Positions 23,332 to 33,697 of a stretch of DNA of 64,000 nt are shown here, piece after piece (position 1 is the stretch's first letter; every line of letters starts with the position of its first letter). The stretch is taken from NCBI GenBank assembly GCA_944384765.1, contig CALWUM010000006.1, positions 17,799-81,798 of the forward strand, given 5' to 3'. Both the position numbers and the translations under genes were made by a program. A model generated the notes under the pieces. That model was not told where the DNA came from, did no database searches, and saw only the letters and a program-made list of their open reading frames with translations. Source of the stretch: an uncultured Agathobaculum sp. Its GTDB lineage: Bacteria > Bacillota > Clostridia > Oscillospirales > Butyricicoccaceae.

Positions 23332-25455
23332 TTACTTGACCTTCTCTTCCGGCTTTACGTCCTTCATGGACAGGTTGACGCGGCCCTTGTCGTCGATCTC
23401 CATGACCTTGACCCAGACCATGTCGCCGACCTTGACAGCGTCCTCGACCTTGTCGATGCGGTGATCCGCCATCTTGGAGATGTGCACCATGCCGTCCTTG
23501 CCCGGCAGCAGGTTGACAAACGCGCCGAAGTTCATCAGGCGCACGACCTTGCCGTAGTAGATCTCGCCCGGCTCGGGCTCCTTGACGATCGCTTCGATCA
23601 TCTGCTTGGCCTTCTCCGCATCGGACGCCTTGACCGCCGCGATGGTGACCGTGCCGTCGTCCTCGATGTCGACCTTTGCGCCCGACTCCGCGACGATGTT
23701 CTGGATCACGCTGCCGCCCTTGCCGATGACCTCGCGGATCTTATCCGGATGAATATGCATGGTGGTCATCTTGGGCGCCCACTCGGATACGTCCGCGCGC
23801 GGCTTGTCGATGGCCTTGAGCATGATCTCGTCCAGAATGCCGTAGCGCGCGACGCGGCACTTCTCAAACGCCTGCTTGATGATATTCGGGGTCAGGCCGT
23901 CCACCTTGATGTCGACCTGGATCGCAGTGATGCCCTTCTTGGTGCCCGCGACCTTGAAGTCCATGTCGCCATAGAAGTCCTCCACGCCCTGGATGTCGGT
24001 GAAGGTGGTCTCCTGGCCGCCGTCCGTGATCAGGCCGCAGGAAATGCCTGCAACCGGCGCGGAAATCGGCACGCCTGCGTCCATCAGCGCAAGGGTCGAG
24101 CCGCAGACCGAGCCCTGCGAGGTCGAACCGTTGGAGGAAATGACCTCAGAAACCAGACGCAGCGCATACGGGAACTCGCTCACCGGCGGGATAACCGGCA
24201 GCAGCGCGCGCTCTGCGAGCGCGCCGTGGCCGATCTCGCGGCGGCCGGGGCCGCGGGACGGACGGGTTTCACCGACCGAGAAAGACGGGAAGTTGTAGTG
24301 ATGGATATAGCGCTTTTCCTTCTCCTCGAAGATGGTATCCAGCTCCTGCGCATCGCCCAGCGTGCCCAGGGTGCACAGGGTCAGCACCTGAGTCTGACCG
24401 CGGGTGAACAGGCCGGAACCGTGTACGCGCGGCAGCACGTGCACCTCGGCCGCCAGCGGACGGACTTCCTCCATGCCGCGGCCGTCTACGCGCTTGCCAT
24501 TTGCCAGCCAGCGGCGCACGATCTTCTTCTGAAGCTTGTCCACGCACTCGGACAGGTTCGCGCCGTGCTCTTCCTTGTATTCATCATCGAGGGTTGCTTC
24601 GAACTCGTCGACAATCGCACGTACGCCCGCGTCGCGGACAGTCTTGTCATCGGTGTCCATAGCAACCTCGAACTTGTCATTGCACGCAGCCTCGAGCTTG
24701 TCGAACAGGTCGTGGTCAATGTCGTGATGCTCATACTCAAACTTGGGCTTGCCGATCTCGTCCTTGATGCCCTGGATGAACGCACAGACCTTCTTGAGCT
24801 CCTCGTGCGCTTCCATCAGCGCGTCGAACATACGGTCCTCGGGCACTTCCTTGGCGCCCGCCTCGATCATGACAATCTTGTCCTTGGTCGCGCACAGGGT
24901 AACGTCCATCTCGGACACCTTGCGCTGCTCAGAGGTCGGGTTGATGACGGTCTTGCCGTCCACAATGCCGACCTGGCAGCCCGCTACGACGTAGTCGAAC
25001 GGGATATCCGAAATCGAAACCGCGATAGACGCGCCCAGCAGCGCCACGACCTCGGGGGAGTTATCGTAGTCGTTCTCGAGCACGGTGCAGACGATCGAAA
25101 CATCGTTGCGCAGATCCTTGGGGAACAGCGGACGCATCGGGCGGTCGATCTGACGGGAAGCCAGGATCGCCTTCTCGGAGGGACGGCCCTCGCGGCGCAT
25201 AAAGCTGCCCGGGATGCGGCCTACCGCGTACAGGCGCTCCTCAAAGTCGACCGAGAGCGGGAAAAAGTCGATGCCGTCGCGCGGCTTGGCCGAAGCGGTC
25301 GCAGTGACGAGCACAGCGGTGTCGCCATAGCGCACCAGGCACGAGCCGTTGGCCAGCTGCGCCAGCTTGCCGGTATCGACGGTCAGCTTACGGCCGGCGA
25401 TCTCGGTTTCAAAAACGCGGTGGTTTTTGAAGTCAAAGGGGTTGATGTTTGCCAT
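23332..25455 (-). CDS. pnp: Polyribonucleotide nucleotidyltransferase (PNPase)
   Basis: Two RNase PH domains, then KH (IREVIGKGGSVIQ) and S1 (GKVVRLMNFGAFV) domains; 707 aa. Confidence 0.97.
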   Translation of the reverse strand: MANINPFDFKNHRVFETEIAGRKLTVDTGKLAQLANGSCLVRYGDTAVLVTATASAKPRDGIDFFPLSVDFEERLYAVGRIPGSFMRREGRPSEKAILASRQIDRPMRPLFPKDLRNDVSIVCTVLENDYDNSPEVVALLGASIAVSISDIPFDYVVAGCQVGIVDGKTVINPTSEQRKVSEMDVTLCATKDKIVMIEAGAKEVPEDRMFDALMEAHEELKKVCAFIQGIKDEIGKPKFEYEHHDIDHDLFDKLEAACNDKFEVAMDTDDKTVRDAGVRAIVDEFEATLDDEYKEEHGANLSECVDKLQKKIVRRWLANGKRVDGRGMEEVRPLAAEVHVLPRVHGSGLFTRGQTQVLTLCTLGTLGDAQELDTIFEEKEKRYIHHYNFPSFSVGETRPSRGPGRREIGHGALAERALLPVIPPVSEFPYALRLVSEVISSNGSTSQGSVCGSTLALMDAGVPISAPVAGISCGLITDGGQETTFTDIQGVEDFYGDMDFKVAGTKKGITAIQVDIKVDGLTPNIIKQAFEKCRVARYGILDEIMLKAIDKPRADVSEWAPKMTTMHIHPDKIREVIGKGGSVIQNIVAESGAKVDIEDDGTVTIAAVKASDAEKAKQMIEAIVKEPEPGEIYYGKVVRLMNFGAFVNLLPGKDGMVHISKMADHRIDKVEDAVKVGDMVWVKVMEIDDKGRVNLSMKDVKPEEKVK

Positions 25456-25587
25456 GTTTTTTCCTCCTCATTTTTTGTTTTTCGGAGGGCGGCGCACACT
25501 TTTTTAGCACTTGAAGCAAGGGGGAATGCGTTTCCCCTCTCCTTCAACTGCTAAAAAGCGCTTTTGCCGCCTTCCTTTGGAAAACAC

Positions 25588-25616
25588 GAATAGGGGAGCA
25601 GACTGCTCCCCTATTC
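25588..25616 (-). terminator. rpsO terminator / pnp attenuator hairpin
   Basis: 13 bp stem GAAUAGGGGAGCA...UGCUCCCCUAUUC followed by GUGUUUUCC, between rpsO and pnp. Confidence 0.8.
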
Positions 25617-25625
25617 TCATGTTTT

Positions 25626-25892
25626 TTACTTACGGATGCCGAGCTTGGCAATCAGCGCGCGGTAGCGGTTGATGTCCTTCTTCTGCAGGTAAGCCAGCAT
25701 GGAACGGCGCTGGCCAACCATCTTGAGCAGGCCGCGGCGGGAGTGGTTGTCCTTCTTGTGGACCTTGAGGTGCTCGGTGAGCTCCTGAATGCGCGCGGTC
25801 AGGATCGCGATCTGAACCTCCGGCGAACCGGTATCGGTCGCGTGCAGGCGATTTGCCTCGATAACGGCAGTCTTGTCTTCCTTACGGATCAT
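25626..25892 (-). CDS. rpsO: 30S ribosomal protein S15
   Basis: [53 protein letters not shown] precedes ATG 25892. Confidence 0.95.
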   Translation of the reverse strand: MIRKEDKTAVIEANRLHATDTGSPEVQIAILTARIQELTEHLKVHKKDNHSRRGLLKMVGQRRSMLAYLQKKDINRYRALIAKLGIRK

Positions 25893-26057
25893 GTTGTGTT
25901 TCACCTTTCGTATATATAGTATATTTGTCTTTCATACCCGCGGGCCGGGCTGCGGCGCAGGTGAAATGGGCGCGGTAGGGACGCGTCCGGTTAGTCCGTC
26001 AGCTAAGCACGGGGCGAAAGCACAATATATAATACCATGCACAGCCGGGTTTGTAAA
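25893..26057 (-). promoter_or_regulatory. rpsO promoter and ~130 nt GC-rich 5' leader
   Basis: TTTACA (26057-26052), N17, TATTAT (26034-26029). The leader contains several GC-rich inverted repeats. Confidence 0.5.
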
Positions 26058-26221
26058 GCAGTTTGCGCGTTTTCTTTGCACGCTTTTTCGGGTATTTTGA
26101 CCAGATTTTACGAGATTTTTTAGTGCATTTGTCGAATTGCCCAATTATGAACAAACTGTGAACGGGATTTTGTCAATTTTTCATCTTGTCTCTACAAGTC
26201 GAGCGGTGCTATAATTTAGCC

Positions 26222-26331
26222 ATCTTCGGTGGATAGCTTGAGAGCGACTCGCTTGAAGCCGTTTTTATTTATCGGTCAAAGACACGCGACGGGGCTGTGC
26301 AATAGTGTGGCCTGGAGTCGCGTTCTTTTTT
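26222..26331 (+). ncRNA. Candidate ~110 nt sRNA divergent from rpsO
   Basis: TTGTCT (26186-26191), N18, TATAAT (26210-26215). Hairpin CCAUCUUCGGUGG. Terminator ACGCGAC...GUCGCGU (26284-26323) plus UCUUUUUU. No ORF. Confidence 0.45.
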
Positions 26332-26372
26332 GTCTCCGGCCTTTTTCCAGGCGCCGGCCAACTGTATCGTTT

Positions 26373-26403
26373 ACCGCACGGCAGACAGCCGTGCGGTTTT
26401 TTT
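26373..26403 (+). terminator. Second, stronger terminator 40 nt after the first
   Basis: ACCGCACGG-cagacag-CCGUGCGGU followed by a U-run of 7. Confidence 0.75.
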
Positions 26404-26633
26404 GATGCAGGCATATCTTGATGAAACGCCGTCTGTCCTGCGTATATTCTGTCTAATCTGCACGTTTTTTCGACTCGCTCATGCGCAGATCGCACAAATA
26501 GCCTGCGGCCGCTTTTTGTGAAAAAACGCCTTTGTAATTTTTTCATTTTGCCCGTAAAATAAGGATAGATCCGCAAGATATAGATATTTACGCGGTGATA
26601 TCTCTATATATTGAGAAAGAGAGGCGTTCTCAC

Positions 26634-26873
26634 ATGAAACGAATCAAGGCGGCATGTATCTGCCAGACTGTACACTTCCTGCTCAAGGAAGATATTGCGC
26701 ACGACTTGGCGGTCCGCCAAGTACAGGACGAGGTCGCGCAGTACAAACGCACGCTCGAGCGCAACCGGACACAGCACAAGATCATTGAGGAGACCACGCA
26801 GCCGGACGGCTCGGTCATCATCAAGATCATCAAGCAGTATAACCAGAGCCCGGTCGGGCATTATCTGGACTAA
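26634..26873 (+). CDS. Small conserved hypothetical protein (79 aa)
   Basis: MKRIKAACICQTVHFLLKEDIAHD... AAGAGAGG RBS lies 9 nt upstream. Followed by a terminator. No family recognised with confidence. Confidence 0.55.
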   Translation: MKRIKAACICQTVHFLLKEDIAHDLAVRQVQDEVAQYKRTLERNRTQHKIIEETTQPDGSVIIKIIKQYNQSPVGHYLD

Positions 26874-26877
26874 CGCC

Positions 26878-26909
26878 AAACCCGGCGGAGCACAGGCTCC
26901 GCCGGGTTT
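26878..26909. terminator. Bidirectional terminator
   Basis: AAACCCGGCGGAGC-acag-GCTCCGCCGGGTTT. Confidence 0.85.
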
Positions 26910-26913
26910 TCTG

Positions 26914-28638
26914 TCAGGTAATATACGGTTTGCTGGTATCGATCGTGATCGTTTGCGCGGCATTGTCCCATGCAACGCTTACGCCCAGCATAAAGCACAG
27001 GTCACGCAGCTTAAAATAGTGATTGCCGTCGATGCAATAGGCTTTGCCGACCAGCGGCGTTTGGTCCACATATACATCCGCCGTGGCGCGGACCGCGGTC
27101 TGTGCACCACCTTCCAGCGGCGCAAGCTCGCTACCGACCGGCTGGTATTCGCCCGCGGTCAGCGTCACTTTTCTTGCATCCCCGTCCCAGCTCACGCGGA
27201 ACGCCGCCGGTGTTCCGCGAAATGCCATTGCCAAATCGCGCAGTTTGAAGTAGTTGTTGCCCCCGATGTTGTATGCGGCCGCTGCCACTTCAGTTCCATC
27301 TACCACAACGCGTGCGGATGACACCGATGCAGTGCAGGTCAGCTCCTGCCGGATCGCCGGGTGATCCAGAATGTACTGTACTGCCGTATCCACCCCAGCC
27401 ATATAGTCTGCAAAGGTCTGCTCCACCTCGATGTCCGGCCGAAAGCTCTCGATCCCATACGGCTGCGCCGCATCATAATAGCTGCCCAGATCGATAAACC
27501 GGTTGGAATACTGGCCGCGGATGCCGGAATGCGGCAGCTGGAAAGCCGTGACCGCGCCGAAATGATCCACGCTGCCGCCGGTCGGCGTGCCGACGAACAC
27601 CGCACCTGCGTCCTTGAGCTGCACGGTATTGATCAGTGCAGAAGAGAAGGTATTCTCGCCCGCCAGCACATAGGCTGCATGGCCGCTTGCAACAAACTGC
27701 TGCACCAGATAGGTGATCGGATACAACACGCCATCCGAGCCGCCGCCGTTGCTGCGCAGGTCGACGATGAATTTGTCATATGCGCCGGTATCCAGCTTGG
27801 CCTGCACTTGTGCGACAAATTTGTCCATCGGCTGGTCGGGATCCTCCCGACAGCTGTTATACTGCATATACAGCGTGCCGCCGCCCAGATCGAGCAGCTG
27901 ATAAATCACATTGCCGTCCGGCTCGGTCGTCGGCACGGCCGTGCGCAGCTGGCTGGCGCGCACAAAAGCCTGTGCGCCAAGCGCTGCGAAATCCTGCGCG
28001 GCATACACCGGTATGTCCAGCGTAGTTTCTGCGCCGGACGCGTCCCGCACCACAACCGGCAGGCTCTTCTCCTCACCGGCAATCATGCCGTAGTGCTGCA
28101 AAATCTCGGTGACATATACCACATCGCCAAACTGCCCGCGCAGGCGCATTTCATTGTCATGCGAGAGCATCGGCGCAATCGCCTGCATCAGTTCCTCCAT
28201 GCTATGGCCGTTGATCGAAACGATTTCCTGCCCGATGTAGTCCTGAAATTCCGCCAGCGTGCCGGTCAGCACCCAGCGCCCCTCATACCAGCCGGGCGCC
28301 AGAACCAGCAGATGGTATTCCGGCAGCGCGCTGCCGATCGACAGCATGGTGTGCGAATCCCCTGCCATCGCGGTAAGCTCGCTCAATGCAATCGCAAAGT
28401 CGACATCGCTCATCTCCGCCAATCCGGCACGGATCTCTGCGGTTTTGTCCGCCACCGCCTGTTCACTGGTGTTGGCGTAAAAATCCGGATGGTTTTCGGT
28501 CAGAATCTGCACCAGATCGTCCAGATCTTCCTGCCGCTGCTGCACAGTGCTGTCCACTGCCCCGGCAAAAGGCAGACATCCCGCCAGCATCACCGCACTC
28601 AGGCATCCGGCCAGCCATTGCTTTACTCTCATACCCAT
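26914..28638 (-). CDS. Secreted S41-family peptidase with C-terminal copper-amine-oxidase-N-like repeats
   Basis: Signal peptide, FIVDLRSNGGGSDG S41 motif, and two C-terminal repeats containing YFKLRDL...W(D). Confidence 0.8.
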   Translation of the reverse strand: MGMRVKQWLAGCLSAVMLAGCLPFAGAVDSTVQQRQEDLDDLVQILTENHPDFYANTSEQAVADKTAEIRAGLAEMSDVDFAIALSELTAMAGDSHTMLSIGSALPEYHLLVLAPGWYEGRWVLTGTLAEFQDYIGQEIVSINGHSMEELMQAIAPMLSHDNEMRLRGQFGDVVYVTEILQHYGMIAGEEKSLPVVVRDASGAETTLDIPVYAAQDFAALGAQAFVRASQLRTAVPTTEPDGNVIYQLLDLGGGTLYMQYNSCREDPDQPMDKFVAQVQAKLDTGAYDKFIVDLRSNGGGSDGVLYPITYLVQQFVASGHAAYVLAGENTFSSALINTVQLKDAGAVFVGTPTGGSVDHFGAVTAFQLPHSGIRGQYSNRFIDLGSYYDAAQPYGIESFRPDIEVEQTFADYMAGVDTAVQYILDHPAIRQELTCTASVSSARVVVDGTEVAAAAYNIGGNNYFKLRDLAMAFRGTPAAFRVSWDGDARKVTLTAGEYQPVGSELAPLEGGAQTAVRATADVYVDQTPLVGKAYCIDGNHYFKLRDLCFMLGVSVAWDNAAQTITIDTSKPYIT

Positions 28639-28645
28639 CGCTCCT

Positions 28646-28695
28646 TTGTATTATTATGATAATACAAATATACATCTCTGCTGCATAGTTGTCAA
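28646..28695 (-). promoter_or_regulatory. S41 peptidase promoter with an abutting 9 bp-arm inverted repeat
   Basis: TTGACA (28695-28690), N17, TATATT (28672-28667). Inverted repeat TTGTATTAT-tatg-ATAATACAA (28646-28667) lies between the -10 and the RBS. Confidence 0.6.
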
Positions 28696-28708
28696 CCCCT
28701 GCGTGCAT

Positions 28709-28739
28709 AAAAAAATGACCGCTTGTCAGCGGTCATTTT
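28709..28739. terminator. Bidirectional terminator after the aminotransferase gene
   Basis: AAAAAAATGACCGC-ttgtca-GCGGTCATTTT. Confidence 0.85.
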
Positions 28740-28752
28740 GCGTCTTTGCTCT

Positions 28753-29952
<1,200 letters not shown>

Positions 29953-30053
29953 TGGTAACGCACTCCCTTTTCGTCTCTCTATGGTCTCATTATATGCTTT
30001 CCGTGCGTGTTTTGCAAGTATGCGTCTGATAAATTGCAAAACTGTCTGGATAG

Positions 30054-30079
30054 AAAAAACCGCCGAATTTGGCGGTTTT
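30054..30079. terminator. Bidirectional terminator
   Basis: AAAAAACCGCC-gaattt-GGCGGTTTT. Confidence 0.8.
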
Positions 30080-30091
30080 GGTGTGGAATAT

Positions 30092-30754
30092 TCACAAAGC
30101 GGCCCGCTGGTCGCGCGAAAAGATGACCATTGCGCGCCCCTGTGCAATCGTGACCGTGAAAGTCTGCCCTGCGGCCGCCTCGTTCGAGATGCTGATCATG
30201 CCCGCACGGGTGACGACTGCATCCCGCAGGGGATATTTTGCATGTTCGATCGTGACGCCGCGCAACTGGGCATCCAGCGGCACGATGGAAAAATACTGGT
30301 ACTCCGGCGGCATGATGAATTTTTGACTGCCGCCCTCATGCAAAACGATGCGGTTCTGCCGGTCGAGCACGGTCAGGCGGCCGCCCATGTCGTGCGCCTC
30401 CTCGAGCAGGGACAGATTGGCCAGCTCGTGATCGATGCGCCCGCCGGTCGCGCAGACCAGCGTGGCCTCGGTACAGCCGCGGCGGAAAACCTCGCGCAGA
30501 CAGCCCTGCGTGTCCGTATCGTCCTTTTCCGGTTTCAGGCGGATGATCTCGGTCCCCTCGACCTCGGGCAGCGAGTCGCAGTCCGAGATCATGAAGTCCG
30601 GATGCAGGCCAAGCGCCCGCGCATGGCGCAGCCCGCCGTCCGCACACGCGATCAGCGCATCCGGATGCGCCGCGAGAAACGCGCGGATATAGCCGTATTC
30701 GGTTTCGGGCGCGGCGGCGAAAATCAGCGCGTGCCGCCCTTCGTAAGCTCCCAT
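30092..30754 (-). CDS. thiN: Thiamine pyrophosphokinase
   Basis: IACADGG...PDFMISDCDS...EKDDTDTQ TPK catalytic motifs plus a C-terminal thiamine-binding domain. Start overlaps the rsgA stop. Confidence 0.8.
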   Translation of the reverse strand: MGAYEGRHALIFAAAPETEYGYIRAFLAAHPDALIACADGGLRHARALGLHPDFMISDCDSLPEVEGTEIIRLKPEKDDTDTQGCLREVFRRGCTEATLVCATGGRIDHELANLSLLEEAHDMGGRLTVLDRQNRIVLHEGGSQKFIMPPEYQYFSIVPLDAQLRGVTIEHAKYPLRDAVVTRAGMISISNEAAAGQTFTVTIAQGRAMVIFSRDQRAAL

Positions 30755-31623
30755 TCCTTCAGATCCTTTACGCTTTCATACAGTTTCACATAGCTCTCGT
30801 GGCGGGATTTGGCAATCTCTCCCGCCTCGACCGCGGCGCGCACCGCGCAGCCCTTTTCCTTGACGTGCGCGCAGCCGGTGAATTTGCACCGGCCGATATA
30901 GGGCGCAAACTCCGGGAAGGCATACTGCAGGTCCTCCGCCAGCACGAGATCCATCTGCTCGGTGTCGAACGAGGAAAAGCCCGGCGTGTCCGCGATGTAG
31001 CCGCCGCCCTCGATCGGGTGCAGTTCGACATGACGCGTGGTGTGCTTGCCCCTGCCGATGCGGTCCGAGATCGCGCCGACCGCCGCACCGAAGTGCGGGT
31101 CAATGCGGTTGAGCACACTCGATTTGCCCACGCCTGAGTTGCCTGCGAACGCGGACACCTTGCCCCGGATGTACGCGCGCAGCGCGTCGATGCCGTCGCC
31201 GGTCAGGGCGCTGACGCGCAGGGTGTCGATGCCGCTTTTGCGGTAAATCTCATACAGCTCATCTCCCGGGTTTTCGTCGGTCTTGTTGATGACGACCAGC
31301 ACACCGATGTCCTTGTGCACCGCGATCGCGGTCACGCGGTCGATCAGAAACGGGTCTGTCACCGGCGGGGCCGCGGAGGCGACCGCAACCAGCAGATCGA
31401 GGTTGGCCACGGCGGGCCGTACCAGGCTGTTTTTGCGCGGCGCGATAGTGAGCAGGTAGCCGGTGCCGTCCTCAGGCTGGATCTCGAGCGACACGCGGTC
31501 GCCCACGATCGGCTTGCCCACGGTTTTGCGGAACCGGCCGCGCGCCTTGCATTCGATCAGCCCCTCGGGCGTGTCTACATAGTAAAACCCGCCGATGCCC
31601 TTGAGAATGATCCCTTCGGTCAA
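30724..31623 (-). CDS. rsgA: Ribosome small-subunit-dependent GTPase A
   Basis: Circularly permuted GTPase (NKTD...GNSGVGKSS). C-terminal zinc knuckle CKFTGCAHVKEKGCAV. Confidence 0.92.
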   Translation of the reverse strand: MTEGIILKGIGGFYYVDTPEGLIECKARGRFRKTVGKPIVGDRVSLEIQPEDGTGYLLTIAPRKNSLVRPAVANLDLLVAVASAAPPVTDPFLIDRVTAIAVHKDIGVLVVINKTDENPGDELYEIYRKSGIDTLRVSALTGDGIDALRAYIRGKVSAFAGNSGVGKSSVLNRIDPHFGAAVGAISDRIGRGKHTTRHVELHPIEGGGYIADTPGFSSFDTEQMDLVLAEDLQYAFPEFAPYIGRCKFTGCAHVKEKGCAVRAAVEAGEIAKSRHESYVKLYESVKDLKEWELTKGGTR

Positions 31624-31639
31624 ATAATCCTTCCTTCCG

Positions 31640-33691
31640 TCAACTGAACGTATAGGTGCTGGTGGAACTGCTGCCGTCCACCGAGACCGTCACTTCGTGC
31701 TCGCCTGCCGTGCTGCTCAGCGGCACGGATACGCTGCCCAGACTGGTATCGAGCGTGTTATCATACTGCACCACGCCGTCCACCGAGACGACCACATGCG
31801 CCATATCCGTCCCGCCCGGCAGCGTGACCTGCACGGTTGCCGAACCCTGCGCGGGTGCGGGCGGCTCCTCGGACACAAACTGATCGCCGCTCGAACCCTC
31901 ATCCGGGGTATCCGGCTCCGGGTCGGGCGTGGACTGGCTGGGTCCGGTCGAAATCTGAATATTGATCGACGTGCCTTCGTCCACCTCGGTGCCCGCGCTG
32001 GTGGACTGCCAGACGACCGTGCCCGCCGCGGCGCTGTTCGCCACACGGTCCGCCGAGCCAAGCGACAGGCCGCGGTCGGCCAGCGCCTGCCGCGCCTGCT
32101 CCTCGGTCATGCCGTACAGGCTAGGCACTTCGACCTTCTGTGTCTCCTTGCCCTTGCTGACATAGATGGTCAGCGAGGTGCCGGGCTCGATCTCGGTTCC
32201 TGCCGCGGGGTCGGTGCGGATGACCATGCCAGCTTCGACCTCGTCGCTGTATTCCTCTTCCACCGTGTAGCTGATCTCATGCTCGTCCAGCATGGTGGTG
32301 ACGTAATCGAGCGAGCGTCCCGCGAAATCAATTACCTTGTAGGTGTCGCTCACGTTCGCGCCGCCTGCCGAAACGGTCAGCGTGATCACTGTGCCTTTGG
32401 TCACGCGGCTTTTTGCGGCGACGTCCTGATCCAGTATCTCGCCCACCGGCCGGTCGGACTCGACCCGTTCGGAGGCTTCCTGCAAGGTGAAGTTTGCCGT
32501 ATAGGTGCTGTCTGCGAGCACCTCATCGATATCCATGCCGACAAACGAAGGCACTTCAACCTTATCGCCGCTGCTGCGGCCGGTCATCAGCAGGATGCCG
32601 ACCACGACCAGCGTGATCACTGCAACCACGGCCACCGCAATGCCGGCGGCCAGCGCAGGCCGCTCGGCCAGCCGGTCGAAAAAGCTATCCGGCTCGCGCA
32701 CAGCGGTCGCTGTGCGTCGCGCGGCGACGTGCTCGCCTGTGCCCGCGTGCCCCTGCTGCGCTGCAGTGTGGCTCTGCGCATGGCGCGCCGCCTGCTGCAC
32801 CTCGCGGCCGATCACCTGGGTTTCGTCATCATCGACGAGCGCGGTATAGCCAAAGCGCAGGCTGGGGTTGTTTTTCAGCTGTTCCAGATCGCTGTACAGC
32901 TCCTCCGCCGAGGCGTAGCGACGGCTGATGTTCGCGCACATCGCGTGCATGACGATTTCATCCAGTCCCTTGGGGATCTCGGGCACGAGCGCACTTGGCA
33001 CGACCGGCACCGTGTTCAGGTGCTGCATGACGATCTGCAGCGCGGTTTCGCCCTCAAACGGCAGCTTGCCGGTGAGCATTTCATACATCACCACGCCGAG
33101 CGAATAGATATCCGTCCGGTAGTCGATCTTGGAACCCTTGGCCTGCTCGGGTGAGATATAGTGCACCGAACCGATGGCCTCCTGCACCACGCGGGTCTCT
33201 TGCGTGGTGGCAAAGGACGCGATGCCGAAGTCGGTCAGCTTGGCGGTGCCGTCGCGCAGGATGATGACGTTCTGCGGCTTGATGTCCTGATGGATGATGC
33301 CGCGGGAATGCGCATGGATGAGCGCGCGGCAGATCTGTTCGGCAAAGAACACCGCCTCCTGCCAGGTCAGGCGGCCCTTCTTTTGCAGATATTCCTTGAG
33401 GGTGATGCCCTCGATCAGCTCCATGACGATATAATCCGTACCGTTTTCGCTGCCGACGTCGTAAACCGACACGATATTATGATGGCTGAGTTTGGCGACC
33501 GCCTGCGACTCGATTGAAAACCGCTTGCGGATATCCGGGTCTCTTGCGTATTCGTCCTTGAGAATCTTAACAGCGACATAGCGGCCCAGCACCACATCGC
33601 GCGCGCGGTAGACGACCGCCATGCCGCCCACACCGACCACGTCGATGATCTCATACCGGCCGCCGAGCATTTTGCCGATATATTTATCCAT
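31640..33691 (-). CDS. prkC: Ser/Thr protein kinase with PASTA repeats (PrkC-like)
   Basis: Hanks kinase motifs (VAVKIL, HQDIKPQN, DFG, SPEQ), one TM segment, and PASTA-like repeats. Confidence 0.92.
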   Translation of the reverse strand: MDKYIGKMLGGRYEIIDVVGVGGMAVVYRARDVVLGRYVAVKILKDEYARDPDIRKRFSIESQAVAKLSHHNIVSVYDVGSENGTDYIVMELIEGITLKEYLQKKGRLTWQEAVFFAEQICRALIHAHSRGIIHQDIKPQNVIILRDGTAKLTDFGIASFATTQETRVVQEAIGSVHYISPEQAKGSKIDYRTDIYSLGVVMYEMLTGKLPFEGETALQIVMQHLNTVPVVPSALVPEIPKGLDEIVMHAMCANISRRYASAEELYSDLEQLKNNPSLRFGYTALVDDDETQVIGREVQQAARHAQSHTAAQQGHAGTGEHVAARRTATAVREPDSFFDRLAERPALAAGIAVAVVAVITLVVVGILLMTGRSSGDKVEVPSFVGMDIDEVLADSTYTANFTLQEASERVESDRPVGEILDQDVAAKSRVTKGTVITLTVSAGGANVSDTYKVIDFAGRSLDYVTTMLDEHEISYTVEEEYSDEVEAGMVIRTDPAAGTEIEPGTSLTIYVSKGKETQKVEVPSLYGMTEEQARQALADRGLSLGSADRVANSAAAGTVVWQSTSAGTEVDEGTSINIQISTGPSQSTPDPEPDTPDEGSSGDQFVSEEPPAPAQGSATVQVTLPGGTDMAHVVVSVDGVVQYDNTLDTSLGSVSVPLSSTAGEHEVTVSVDGSSSTSTYTFS

Positions 33692-33697
33692 AGCTGC

